Positions 23,438 to 36,142 of a DNA stretch of 64,000 bases are shown in pieces; positions within the stretch are counted from its first letter, which is position 1, and each line of letters opens with the position of its first letter. Source of the stretch: Ministeria vibrans ATCC 50519 (Eukaryota; Protista; Filasterea). The DNA lies in NCBI GenBank assembly GCA_943704425.1, contig CALSCP010001986.1, positions 1-64,000 on the forward strand. The letters run 5' to 3'. The notes under the pieces were generated by a model. The model was not told the origin of the DNA. It was given only the letters and a program-made list of their open reading frames with translations, and did no database searches. A program made the translations under genes and the position numbers.

Positions 23438-24732
23438 CACTCGTAAAATCATTCACACATGTGTCCTTACACTTCTTTTGACTGATAGTTAGACGACGTT
23501 CCCGTCACACAATAATGGTACTCACGGCCGAGAACAAGCTCACTAGCAACGAGGTTGTCGTGGACATCACTCGGGGTCATGACGTCGCTGCATACTGACT
23601 GAGGCACTTCGATAGGCTTGGCAAAGCGTTGACTCTGGCCGGCGAGGGTGGCACGACGCACAAACTCGTAGGAGACGGCACACTTGGAGTTGACGAGCCA
23701 TTTGAAGTAGATGAAGCCACCCTTTTGACGAGGCTGGAACGAGTGAGCGCCATCGTCAATCTCGTCGGGAGTGAGTGAGATACGGTAGCGCGGATTGCGA
23801 CGGTTGCACAGACGATCTTCGGTGGAACATCCGCAAGGTATAGTCACAAACAGCTAAAAAATTATTATTATTAAATTAATAAAATTAATCATTGCTGAGA
23901 TGCATACGTTGACGGCATTTTGGTAGTTGACATGGAACTGTTCACCAGGATAGAGAACGCCACCAATGATGTCAAGGTTGGCAGAGGTAGTGCCGCCAAG
24001 AATCAGCGTGTTGGTCTGTGTGGTGGAAGTGCCCTCCTAACAACACAACACGGTTTTTACAGGGGGATTCAGTCCAAGAAGTAGGTATTACCTGGTGGCG
24101 ACCAATCTTTTCGGGAGTCACTTTCCATGTGCCGGGATTGGTGGTGATGACACTTGCGATGATGGAGCCACCGGACGGGTCGCACTTAAAAACGACATCA
24201 GCCACGTAGCACCCAACGGACGAGACCTGCGAAGAAAGACGAGGTCAGGGGAAAAAGAACGTTTGACTGCATCAATAATAATTAATAGAGTGTACAGTGC
24301 CATCTCTGCAGACACAAGCAGTTCTGGCGTTGTTGGCCCGCCGAGCGAGCGTCGGGTGACATCCAAGACAGTCCTAAGAGAAGGGAACACAGTTTGATTG
24401 CGTGAGGCATGCGACGGGCAAGAAAAAAGCGAGCTTACAGTGCCTCCTCTGCTAGGCTGGTACTTGAACGCAGGACATATGGGGCAGCTATGCATAGCGT
24501 AGTTGCTGGCATACTTGCCCTTGGCACACCTTTTACATTTGGTCTGCTGGAGCATGTCCTGATAATAGCCGGGTGTGCATCGTTGTTGGGCCTGCACGGG
24601 TATAATCAATCACGGATGAGACACACACTCACCACAAAGAACTCCATCACAATGACACCCACCACCACCACACACCAGAAAGTCACACACACACCCACCG
24701 CCACCACACACACAAACACACACACACACACG

Positions 24733-24780
<48 letters not shown>

Positions 24781-27048
24781 ACACACACACACACACACAA
24801 TACACACGCACACACACGATTTCACATGATACAAAACATACCACGGCACCGGCGCAGTAGTGCCCAAGAGAACAGCGTGTAGCGTCGTTGTCGCATTGAT
24901 TGCTACTGTAGCCTGTTGCGTAGCCGGGCGAGCAGTCGCTGCATGTCGTACTGCCGCGCGCCGACTGATACTTGCCAGGAGTACAGTTAATACATGTTGA
25001 CTATCATAGAGAGAAAGGGGAGAGAAAGAAAAAAACGGACAATGAGAGAATTAGAAGAAGAGTTGAGAAGCTAGTGCAATATTGTACTTGGCGGCGCTCG
25101 TTTTGGTATTTCCCTGGCACACACAGCTCTGAGGCCTATATGCAACAGACGGAGAGTGAAAAAGAAAGAGAACGACGCAACAGAGATGAGATGAATTACA
25201 CAACAAAAAAAATAAACAAAAACACAAACGACGTACCACTGCACCGGGACACATTGAGCCGGCGGGACACTCGTTTTGGCGCTGGTCACAGCGGGTGGCG
25301 CGCTGATCTGAGAAGAAGCCGGACGGGCAGTTGTGGCAGCTACCGGATTCTGCGCTCCCCTGATACTTTCCGGCCGGACAGTCGATACAGGCGGATCGAC
25401 CCGCAGGCGCATACTTGCCAGCGACACAGTTAGTGCACACCGTCGCCGCAGTCGACGAAAAACGACCAGTTTCACATGATCTGCAGTGAAATTGCATCTC
25501 AGTTGCCGCATATCTTCCTCCAGGGCAATCTAACAGAAAACAGGGTGTTTAGAAGCGTGCTGACAAAAGAGACAGGAGAGAAATTAATCAAAGTGATAGA
25601 GAGAAAGAGAGGAGGGGGAAAGAAGCAAAGTGATAGAAAGAAAGTGATAGGGACAAAGCGAGAGAAGTGACATTGAATGAAGTGATAGAGAGACGAGGGT
25701 AACAAATTGATAAACGAGCAATCACATTAGGCGGATCATTGACATTTCCTTCGCATACCGAAGCAATAGTGACGGGTCTTGTAGGGCTGGTGCTTTCCCG
25801 GCTCACATATGTGCCTTCCCTTGTTAACGCAAAAGTGTCCTGCATTACACGGATCACAATATGTGTTTTTCCTACGAGAGCCAGAGTGAAAAAGGGGAAT
25901 GGTCCGTTTTGCAGCAATATTCTTCTTACGACCAACAAACCGAGTTAGCGCATTTTTTGACTTCAAAATAACCATTGCCACAGCGGCGGTGACGAACGAG
26001 AGTCGCTTCACGTCTTTCGCTTCCCTGATCGTTCAACGACGTCTCGCAGAGCTCTCCAAGAAAGCCGGGTGTGCAGAGACATTGGACGGAGTGGGCTGTT
26101 CTGTAGTGCTGTTTGGTTGATGTGACGCAGGTGCCGCCGTTCTTGCACAAATTAGGCGCACACTTGTGTGTCTCAGGAGCGGATCGACAGTCGAGACGAA
26201 CTTTTACATCTCCAATGCTCCACGCTAAAGACAATAAAAATAATCATGAAGAAGTGGAATGAAATTTGAAGTGGCGTACTTGGAAGTTCGCTGATACTCA
26301 GTGTTTCCCAACGCAAACGAAGCAGCAGCGGTGTGTCACTCGAAGGAATCGGATACCACTCGAGGTGATCAGTAAAGCCATCGCTGGGCGCGACCGAAGT
26401 CCAGTAGGAGGCGACGGGAGTCTTGCTCTCACGGCTGGAAAGGTACTCAGCCAGTAGAATGCCACCTGAGCCCTTTGTGGAGAAGGTGAGGCGGGCGGAG
26501 CGGTGTCCGTCGCTCGAGACCGTCTCAAACGGAGCCATAATGACAACGGCTGCGTGGTCTGGGTCGGGGCGCAGAACGGGTTCGCTGAAAAGCTCGTCGG
26601 ACAGAAGCTAAAGAAAAAGATAACAAAGGTTCCGAATTTGCGGCAGAAAAGAAAGAGTGAGAGGGAGAGGGCGAGAAAGGGGTGAAGTGAACAAAAGGTG
26701 GCTTCGGTACGGACACTTGAGAGGGGTGTTTTCGCCGTTGGGGTTTAGAATTTCATGAGATAAAAAAATTATTGAGAAAATAAAAACGGATGAGACAAAA
26801 AAAAACGTAAAAACAGAGGTTGTAAGAGAAGCAGGGGGTTCCCGCTGGGAGGTGAGGAGTTGTACCTGAACAGTGTTGTTGTGGAGGCGAGCGCCATTGA
26901 GAAAGGTGGTCGCCCAGCGCGACGGAGGACCGTTGGCACTGAAGTGTTCGTGGACCATGTCAACACTGGCACAGGGAACGCTGTGCGCCGTCGCGAACGA
27001 GACGAACACTACCAGCGCAACAACCGCGTGGAGCGAGTGTGCAGCCAT
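13780..27048 (-). CDS. Giant (>3,500 aa) type I membrane mosaic protein: signal peptide, beta-rich N-domain, EGF, GCC2/GCC3-type Cys repeats, beta-sandwich domains, 8 PAN/apple-like modules, RCC1-like repeats, DPPG-motif module, Ig-like domains, TM
   Basis: ATG at 27048 starts a signal peptide (MAAHSLHAVVALVVFVSFATAHS). The first exons 27048-26866, 26607-26280 and 26224-25930 splice in frame, and further GT-AG exons follow down to ~22990. The final ~9-kb exon is split only by the N gap at 15212-15218. TM helix IVAIVLCATLLLCVLVAV lies near 13950-14007. Confidence 0.85.
15100..15330. other. Scaffold join artefact: 112-bp exact duplication flanking a 7-N gap
   Basis: 15100-15211 is identical to 15219-15330. 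Removing 119 nt fuses ORF 15198-22934 and ORF 13780-15378 in frame. Confidence 0.95.
23361..23436. repeat. Intronic (GT)n microsatellite
   Basis: Direct inspection. Confidence 0.95.
24680..24818. repeat. Intronic (CA)n microsatellite
   Basis: Direct inspection. Confidence 0.95.
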
Positions 27049-27534
27049 CGACAAAAGAAAATGAGTTCGATTGTGCGGTGTTTGAGTCGATTCGTTCTTT
27101 TTTTGTCAGTAAAAAAAAAAAAAAAAAAAAAAAGAAGAGAAAAAAAAAGAAAAAAGAAGAAGGTAAATTGTTGATGGACAATCGTTCAGTTTGCTCTCTC
27201 TCGCCCGACGATTCGTCGCTTTCTTCTTAGATCCAGTTACCTGAACCTTTTATAGTCCAATCTGCGCCGAACACCAGGGCAACCGCGCACCGGGTCAGTG
27301 CGAATTCAGCTGTGCTTGCAAAACACAAAGTGCAAACACACGGTCAAAAATCAATCTTTTTTTGGGACGTCATACCAAAAAAGCCCACGCTCATCCCACG
27401 CCCCAAATAAGCCATTAATCACGATTCAAATCATTTTGGTGAAGACTCCTACGTCCATCTAGCACTTGTGTGGTCATCCATTCGTCGCTGGTGTTGATAC
27501 CTGGCCGATACGACTTGTTGTCCACCCACTATTA

Positions 27535-27864
27535 ATGGTACTATATTTTTCTTGGCGTGTTGTGCCCACTCTGCACCCTCTATGACTGTATCGCTCCGTC
27601 TTTTGTCGTGCTGTTGACCTATCACTGCTTTTCTCTGTTCTCCTTCCAACCGCATCGTCGAGAATGTTCTCTTTCTACCTTTTTTTTGGTGTTGTTGATA
27701 TTCTTGGGACTGAGAAAAAAAAAAAAAAGAAAGAACCCAACTCTCCTCTGCTTTACGGCCTACTCTCTGTGCGCCTCTGTGCACCCCAACACGCAATGTC
27801 TGTTTGTGACGATGTCTATGGCCCGCTCTCCTCTGGTGTTTGTGTGACTCGAACGTAAACGACC

Positions 27865-27896
<32 letters not shown>

Positions 27897-30800
27897 TTCT
27901 TCCGTGTGTTTCTTGTTTTTCCTTCTCGTTTGAAGAACTGGGCGTTTGTCATTGTTGTCGCTGTTGCGCTTGTATCGGTGCGCACCGATGCCGCAGGCAA
28001 CGCGGTGGGCTACGTTGGGTGCTATAGGGACGGGTCGCCTCGCGACTTGGAGCACCGCATTCCGGGCGGAAACCAGACGCCCGACCGCTGCCAGGCGTCG
28101 TGTGTGTCTGCAGGCTTTCCCTTCTCGTCCGTCCAGTACGGCGGCGCGGACTGCTGGTGTAGCCACACCTTTGGACGCCACGGCAAGCTTGCCGACTCTG
28201 CCTGCGACATGGTGTGCTCGGCGCAGACCCAGTACTTCTGCGGCGGTCTCTGGAAAAACTCCGTGTACAAGACGTCGTGGAACCGCGTCGACCAAAAGGG
28301 CTGCTACGTTGACACGGCGGACCACGACCTTCCGCATCAGATACCGGGCACGACGCACGACGCATCTACGTGCAAGGCTGCGTGCCTCACGGCGAAGTAT
28401 GCGTACGCCGGCCTGCAAAATGGCGGCGAGTGCTGGTGCGGAAGCACCTTTGGCAAGCACGGCGTCGCCCCCGTCGAAGAGTGTAACAAGCCGTGTCAGT
28501 CGATGAGAGAGATGTGCGGCGGACAGGCACGCAACAACATTCTCATTACTGGCGCCGCTCCCGTCGCCAGCAACTACATTGGCTGCTACATGGACGACCC
28601 CGTGCGCGACTTTGTCCACCAGGTTGTCGGCCATGGCAAAACACCCGAAAACTGCAAGGCCGCGTGTGGCGCTCTAAACTACCTCTACTCGGCGGTACAG
28701 TACACGGGCAACGACTGCTGGTGCGGCAACTCGTATGGCCGACATGGCAAGGTGCCTGAGTCAGACTGCAACACAGCGTGTGCTACTGCAACGCAGTACG
28801 TGTGCGGCGGTCACTGGCGCAATTCGGTGTACCGCACGAGTGTGAGCCACAGCGCCGACTACGTGGGGTGCTACGTGGATACGTCGGTGCACGACTTAGC
28901 ACACAGCGTCCCAGGCACCTCGTTCACTTGGAGCACATGCAAGTCGGCGTGTGCAGCTGCCCAGTTCAAGTATGCGGCCCTCCAAAACTTTGGGTACTGC
29001 TATTGCGGTAACACATTTGGCAGCTATGGCGAAGCATCTGTTCCCCACGAGTGTAACGAGCCTTGTAAGCGTCCAGCCGACGAGATGTGTGGCGGTAGTC
29101 TCCGCAATTCCGTTTTGAAAAGTGGCTATGCGCCCCCAACCAACGCTGGGAACTACATTGGATGCTACAAAGATGAAAGCACACGCGACTTGAGCCACAT
29201 GATACCAGGCGGCGGACACACGCCCGACGGATGCAAGGCGTCGTGCGCCGCCAAAAACTACCTTTACTCGGCCGTGCAAGACGGCGGTTCCATCTGCTTT
29301 TGCGGCAACTCATACAACCACTATGGCACGGCGCCCGAAACCGAATGCGGCTCCGCCTGCACCGCCTCACCGACGTACAACTGCGGCGGCGTCTGGCGCA
29401 ACTCGGTGTATCGCACTAGCGTTGCGTTGCCGACGGGCATCAAGGGGTGCTACGTGGACGACGGTGCCAATCGTGATCTCCCCGTGACTGTACCTGGTAG
29501 CACCTTCAATTGGGAGACCTGCAAGGAACAGTGTCGCGATCGCAAGCACAAGTACGCGGCGGTGCAGTTCGGCGGCGAGTGCTTCTGCGGCGATTCGTAT
29601 GGAAAGCATGGAGCGACAACGGCACTCAAGTCGTGCGGCATGCCCTGCAAGCGACCTGCCGAGGAGATGTGTGGTGCGAATCTTGAAAGCCTCGTGCTGG
29701 AGACCAACTATCGACCGGTTGCGCCCGGCTATGTGGGCTGCTTCAAGGACGCGCATACGCGCGACATGCCCCACCAGATTCATGGTATGGGCCATGCGTA
29801 CACGATTGAGGCGTGTCGCAAGGGCTGCGGCGACCTCAACTACATGTTTGCGGGTCTACAGTATAAGGGCGATTGCTGGTGCAGCAATGCGTTTAATCAC
29901 TACGGTCGGATGCCCGAGACGGACTGCGGCACGGTATGCACGGCCGACCCGGGATTCTACTGTGGCGGCGGCTGGCGCAATTCGGTCTATCGCACGGCGC
30001 ACTCGCCGCCCGACTACATGGGCTGCTTTGACGACAACATGGTGGAGAAGGCGGTGATTGCGGTGAAGACGCGCAAGGCGTGTCAGGATGGGTGCGCCAA
30101 GGCGAAATTCATGTTTGCAGCCATGGTCAACGGCGGCGAGGCATGCTACTGCGGCAACGCGTATGGATCTGCTGGTGCAAAGAGCAGCGTGATGTCATGC
30201 GACGTACCCTGCGGCGACGACACGACAATGATCTGTGGCGGTACGCAGTACAACAGTGTGACGCTCACGTCGCACAAGCCACCTGGTTTTCTGGGGTGCT
30301 TTCTCGACAAGGCGACGCACGATTTGCCCACACGCATTTCGGGTGCGACTGGTACCATTGTGCAGTGCAAGACTGCGTGTATGGGCAGGGCCATGCAATA
30401 TGCGGCGATGCAGAATGGCAACGAGTGCTACTGCGGCAACGCGTATGGAAAATATGGCGCGCTGTCCATGTCGCGTTGCAACAAGCGATGCGCCGGAGAC
30501 AGCAGTGTTACATGTGGCGGAGAGAATGCCAACCAGGTGTTTGAAGTGTCGTCGCGCGACAAAGGTTAGTTTGAAAACAATGTTGTGAGCTTGTTGGTGA
30601 AAGGGAGAATGCGTAAGTAAGAGCTTACGTTTGGTGTTGTAGCGTACGTTGGGTGCTTTGTGGACGTTGGCGAGCGTCGGGACCTGTGGATCGAAAAGCA
30701 TGGCAACAAGAAGCACACGCCTGCAACGTGCATTGAGGCATGCAAGCAGGCAGGCCATCGTTTTGCGGCTGTGCAGAATGGCGGGGCGGACTGCTGGTGT

Positions 30801-31307
30801 GGCATGGAGTACGGTCTGTACGGCAGTGCGGGAGCCGTCTGCGACAAAGCGTGTACTGCCGACCCGACACAAATGTGTGGCGGTTACCTTGCCAACGATG
30901 TTTACATGACTGGCTTGAACATGGCCACGCCCAAGGGTCGGGTGGGCTGCTACAAGTCGGGGACGAACCCTCTGACGGAGTTGAGTACGCAGCAGTCGTC
31001 TCAGGTGCTGTACACTCCTGTGACATGCTCCATTTCGTGTGGTCGCGCTGGTTTTAAGTATGCGGCTCTTCGCGAGAGCACCAAGTGCTTTTGTGGCAAC
31101 ACGTATGGCGCGGCGGGCACTGCGGGTGCGCTGTGCAACTTGCCGTGCACGGCCGACCCCTCCTATGTGTGTGGTGGGGCCACAAGTTGGGACGTGTACC
31201 AGGCAACGAGTGACACGCCTTCTGTGCCTGTTGGTGCCCTTACCATGCCGATGCCGCTGGAGCACACCTGGCACGTGGACACGAATGGCGATTTCCATCT
31301 CGTTTGA
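27535..31307 (+). CDS. Secreted protein with 11 tandem WSC (putative glycan-binding) domains
   Basis: There are 11 repeats of Y(V/I)GC(Y/F)xD...C...C....YAxxQxGxxCxCG...C...C....CGG...xxY. Nine lie in 27936-30564 and two follow intron 30565-30642. A probable ATG-only first exon at 27535-27537 spliced to 27936 gives the signal peptide MNWAFVIVVAVALVSVRTDA (start uncertain). No TM helix. Confidence 0.9.
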
Positions 31308-31418
31308 TCAGAGTGAAGGAATAAGGGAAGAAAATTATAATAATAATTCGAAGAATAAAAATTTTTCAGGTTTTTTCAAACTATTTTCAATTTTCATCAA
31401 CCCCATTTGAGAAGCCAA

Positions 31419-32884
31419 ATGTCTGGATACGAAACTGTTGAGTCGGGCTCGCCCAACACCCTTGACTACAAGGTTTACTTCAGTACGAACGGCTTCATTT
31501 TGCTTCTCGTCTTGTTATCTATTTGTGGGCTGAGTTACATGCGAATCACGTGCAGTGCCAAGCCGCTCGGCTCTCCGCTCTTCTCGTCTGCTTTTCATGT
31601 CTCCACAGCCAATGGCGTGTGCGCTGTTGAGCGATTTGGGCGTTGTGGGGATTAGGGATGTGTTTTCTGGGGAAATGGGATGAGGACTCATCGCCGCTTT
31701 GTTCGTTGAATAGAGGACGCGTCTGGCGCTCTTGTGAGTCCTTTTCATGATATTCCCCTCTTCGCCGACGAGGCAAACGGTATTGTCAACATGATTGTTG
31801 AGGTGCCGCGCTGGACCAATGCCAAAATGGAGGTAGAGAAGCACAAGAAAAGTGCACCTTTTTTTTCTTCTTTTTTTTTTTTTTTTCTTACTCTCTCTCT
31901 CTCCACTTTTTTCTCGCAAGATCGATGTCAAGGCTGTGGCGAACCCTATTGTGCAGGACACGAAGAAGGGCAAGCTTCGATTCGTGAAGAACTGCTTCCC
32001 GCACCACGGCTACATCTGGAACTACGGCGCACTCCCGCAGGTAGGAAGGAGCAGGTCACACACACACACGCGCGCACACGACGGACCAACGCGTGGTTTT
32101 TGTAGACGTGGGAGGATCCATCACACACGGACGAGCACACACAGGCGAAGGGCGACAACGATCCTCTTGACGTGTGCGAGATTGGATCGGTGGTGTGCAA
32201 GTCGGGCGATGTCAAGCAGGTCAAGCTGCTGGGCGTCTTTGCGATGCTTGACGAGGGCGAGACGGACTGGAAGCTGATTGCGATTGATGTCAACGACCCG
32301 CTTGCGTCGTCGCTTAACGACATTGACGACGTAGAGAAGCACATGCCGGGCTTCCTGGCTGCGACCAACGAGTGGTTCCGCATCTATAAGATTCCCGACG
32401 GAAAGCCTGAGAACCAGTTTGCCTTTAACGGGGAACCCAAGAGCAAAGTAAGTTGTGTGTTTCTTTGTTTGTTAGTCTTATTTTTTTTGTAGGACTTTGC
32501 ACTTGCCGTGGTTCGACAGACGCACGAGTTCTGGAAGAATTTGATGCAGTGCAAGGACACCAATGGAATGGCCACGTACGAACAAGAGAGTTCAAGAGAG
32601 AGAGAGAGAGAGGAGAGAGATGTGTGTGTGTGTCGTAACACTGTGTTTGTGCAGCGCCAACACGACAGTTGCATCCAGCGCACACCACATGAGTGCAGCC
32701 GACGCCACCAAATTTGTCTCGGAGGTAAACAAATCATACATGCGTATGCTTCTCTGTCTTGTGTGTGTGTGTCCTTTTTTTTTTGTTCTGACTCGCTCTT
32801 GGTTTGCGTGTGCAGATTCCCCCTGTGGGTCCCGCAGTTCCCCTGGACGCGTCTGTGGACAAGTGGCACTATGTGCGTCTGTGA
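31419..32884 (+). CDS. PPA1: Soluble inorganic pyrophosphatase (family I)
   Basis: Multi-exon gene encoding [98 protein letters not shown] and a final VDKWHYVRL*. Confidence 0.96.
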
Positions 32885-32971
32885 CTTTCATCCTGTCAAT
32901 ACAGTACTAGTATCCGTTCGTCTCTCTACGTTGCACAGTTGTACTGTCTCTCTCACTTCACTCTCTTCCTC

Positions 32972-33008
<37 letters not shown>

Positions 33009-33009
<1 letters not shown>

Positions 33010-34633
33010 TACTGCGGCGCCTTCCACTCTCCCTGTGCGTCGCGTGCGGCATTGTCTGCTGCCTCGCGCATCTTCTTGAGGTACGCAATGGGTCGGGCTC
33101 TGCGTGGGTCTCTGTCGCGGTTGACGAGAGCTTTGCGGCCCACCAGCTCTGAGTCCGTCACAAACACACCTGGGCCATGCGATGACGTCAGGCACACCGA
33201 CTTGATGACGGTCGATGCGCTATTTGCTGTTTTAAAAAAGGAAGCATTAGTTTTGTGTGTGTGACTGACAGTGCCTCTGTATGTCCTGTCCTTACTTTGC
33301 TTTTTCTTTCCCGAGTCCTTTTCCTTCATTGCTTCGCGAATGGTTGTTATGGTTTTCTCCAGATTCTCTCGAATCAGCTCATCACTGCACGTCAACTAAA
33401 AAAGAAAATCCCGTCACAATCACGTTGTAGCCTCTATTGTTTCTCTCTCTCTCTATTCCTTTGTTTCTTTTCTCCTCTCTCTATCGCATTGTTTCTTCCT
33501 GCCTCCATTCTCTCTCTATCACCATCTCTCTGTGTTCTTCGTACATCTCCCAGTTTGACTCCAACCATTCCGGCCGCATCAACCGACCATTGTTTTCCCT
33601 GTTTGAATTTTTGAATGGCCGTTGGCAGATCGTCCGTGACTGTTCCTCGTCGTGCAGTCGGTGTCTTTTGTCGCAAATGTTGAGCAAGGCGCTTAAACAG
33701 AGGAAAGTATCTGAGAGAGAGAGAGAGAAGCAAAGGGAGTGAGAGACAGAAACAAAGTGATAAAGAGAGAGAGAGAGAGAGAGAGAACCAAAGTGATAAC
33801 GAGAAAGAGAAAGTGACGGAGGGAGAATGAAGAAACAAAGTGACAGAGAGAGGAAAAAAGAAACAAATTGATAAAGGGAAAGGAGGCAGAATAAAGCAAC
33901 GTGAGAGAGAGAGGACAAAATGATACTCCATCTGATACTTACTCGGGTGTTGTGATGATCACGTCAAACAATCGAGCACGTGACTCAAAAGTATCGTCAA
34001 GAGTGTCACGATCAGCGACAAAGTCTGCACCTGCCTCGAGTGCTGCAGCGTGTCGTTCCGGCTACAAATCCAACATTGACATTGTTAGCATTTGCATACG
34101 TACACACACACACGCTCTTTCTCTCTCTCTCCTCTACTCAATCTTCACTTACGCTTGCAATCACAGCCACCTTCTTGTCAATCTCCCCGGCGTTGTTAAG
34201 GGCCAGCGTGCCGCGTAAGGTGTCCTTGAGCCGTCCGAGTTTCTTGTCGAACAGGTCTGTCTTGATGGAGGCGGTGACCGACTGTGTAGGCGTGATGCAG
34301 CCGAACGCGCGCAGAATCTGCATCGCTACTTTGAAAGGAACGCGATCTTTGGGAGGCTACAGGCAAACACGGCAGCGCAGAGGAAGGAGAGAGAGAGTGA
34401 GAGAGTTAGACAAAAAAAAAAGGGTCAGCTCAAAAGAGCGATTTTTCTGGTTGTCTCGTTCAAACCTTCTCGATGGGCTTGACGAGCACGCGCACGTGAG
34501 CTTTCTTGACAGCGGCATCGATGGCATCCTGCTGGGCGGCCGTCGTTGAGTTTCGAGTGCGTGCTTGCACAGCCAGACGAGGCACGCTCGCCCGTCCGCC
34601 TGCGAGTCTTCTTAACGCACCCCACGACCACAT
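33009..34633 (-). CDS. MRPL1: Mitochondrial ribosomal protein L1 (uL1m)
   Basis: Arg-rich presequence. Spliced motifs: LRGTLAL, KKVAVIA, AALEAGADFV, FDVIITTP, PTARRGTVTDD, G.VGVKLG, LIRENL and IKSVCLTSSHGPG (cf. uL1 SSTMGPG). Confidence 0.82.
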
Positions 34634-34992
34634 GGTGCTATACAGTCCCAGCAGCGATAATTCCGATGGATTATTCAATAAAGCTGTCTGCTACTTTCGT
34701 CTTTCGATTTGTCGATTTTCGAAAGGGTGATCAGTCTTGAGAAATATCACAGAAATATCAAGAACGTAAGATAAGCAGCTCACTTTCAGTCTTTAGAGTA
34801 TGTCACTAATGTCAATTGTCAGATGTTAGAGATGTAGCGGTCACGTAACTAACGTTGCGACAGAGTGTGTTGGGCCACTCTATCCGAATTGGCCCAAATC
34901 GATTTTTCATTGATTATCATTCATTGCGCACAAAAAGATCACTTAAATTGTATCTCTCTACCAGAATCTAGAAGGCGCATCGAAAGGTGCCA

Positions 34993-36012
34993 ATGCTGCA
35001 CTTGAGAAGAACGGCTCACATGGCACGCACAGCGCGTGCGGCGCTGTTGATACGCCGCCAGTTGACAGTGTGTTCGACAGTCTCTGAACTTCGTCAGTGG
35101 CGCCAACAGCAGCAGCCCCACTCGGTCGGATTTGTGCCTACCATGGGCGCACTGCACCAAGGACACGTGGCGTTGGCCAAAGCGAGCCGGGCACAGTGCG
35201 ATCGAACCATTGCGAGCATCTTTGTGAATCCCGCCCAGTTTGCGGCTCACGAAGACCTAGAGCACTACCCGCGCACACTCGAGTCTGACTTGGACATGCT
35301 GCGCGACCACCAGGTGGACTGTGTGTTTTTGCCAACGCGGGAGATGATGTACGGCGATGGATCGACGGATCCCCTGGCAGCGGGCGAGGTTGGCACGTTT
35401 GTGCAGGTGCGTGGAATGGACCGGGCCATGGAGGGTGCGGTGCGGCCCCACTTCTTTACGGGCGTCGCTACGGTTGTGTGCAAGCTATTCAACATGGTTC
35501 AGCCCACCGATGCGTTTTTTGGACAAAAGGATGGCCAACAGTGTGCAATTGTGACTCGTATGGTACATGATTTGCACTTGCCCCTGCGCATCCATCGCGT
35601 GCCAACTGTGCGTGACACTGACGGTCTTGCACTCAGCAGTCGCAATCGTTACTTGACACCAGCGGAACGCACACAAGCACCGCGTCTCTACCGTGCACTT
35701 CTCACAGGCGCAAGCGTAGCACGTGTGGGCACTGCCGCTGAAGTGTGTACCGCTGTGCGCAACGCTCTCACCGACAAGCCGGCACTCGCCATTGATTATA
35801 TATCTCTTGCGGACTTTAGTTCTCTACGGCCCGTCGAGGGTGCACTGGAGCTCGAGCGACGCCAAGTTATACTTTTAGCAGCGAGTAAACACTCCATCAC
35901 TATGTACTCCTGACTCACATTTTGTTTGTGTGTTTTGGTTTTAGTCACCACTCCCGAAACCGGCACACGACTCCTGGACAATGTGTTGATCAATGATACT
36001 TTACTTGTGTAA
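34993..36012 (+). CDS. panC: Pantoate--beta-alanine ligase (pantothenate synthetase)
   Basis: Motifs GFVPTMGALHQGH, SIFVNPAQF, YPRTLESD, RPHFFTGVATVV.KLF, FFGQKDGQQ and DGLALSSRN. A short last exon after an intron at ~35885-35944 adds TRLLDN. Confidence 0.96.
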
Positions 36013-36101
36013 CAAATAGTATAAAATAAATATATATATAAAAATAATCAATAGAGAATCAATTGACAATTATTTTTATTATTATTATTATTATTGTTAT
36101 T

Positions 36102-36132
<31 letters not shown>

Positions 36133-36142
36133 ATTTATTGCC

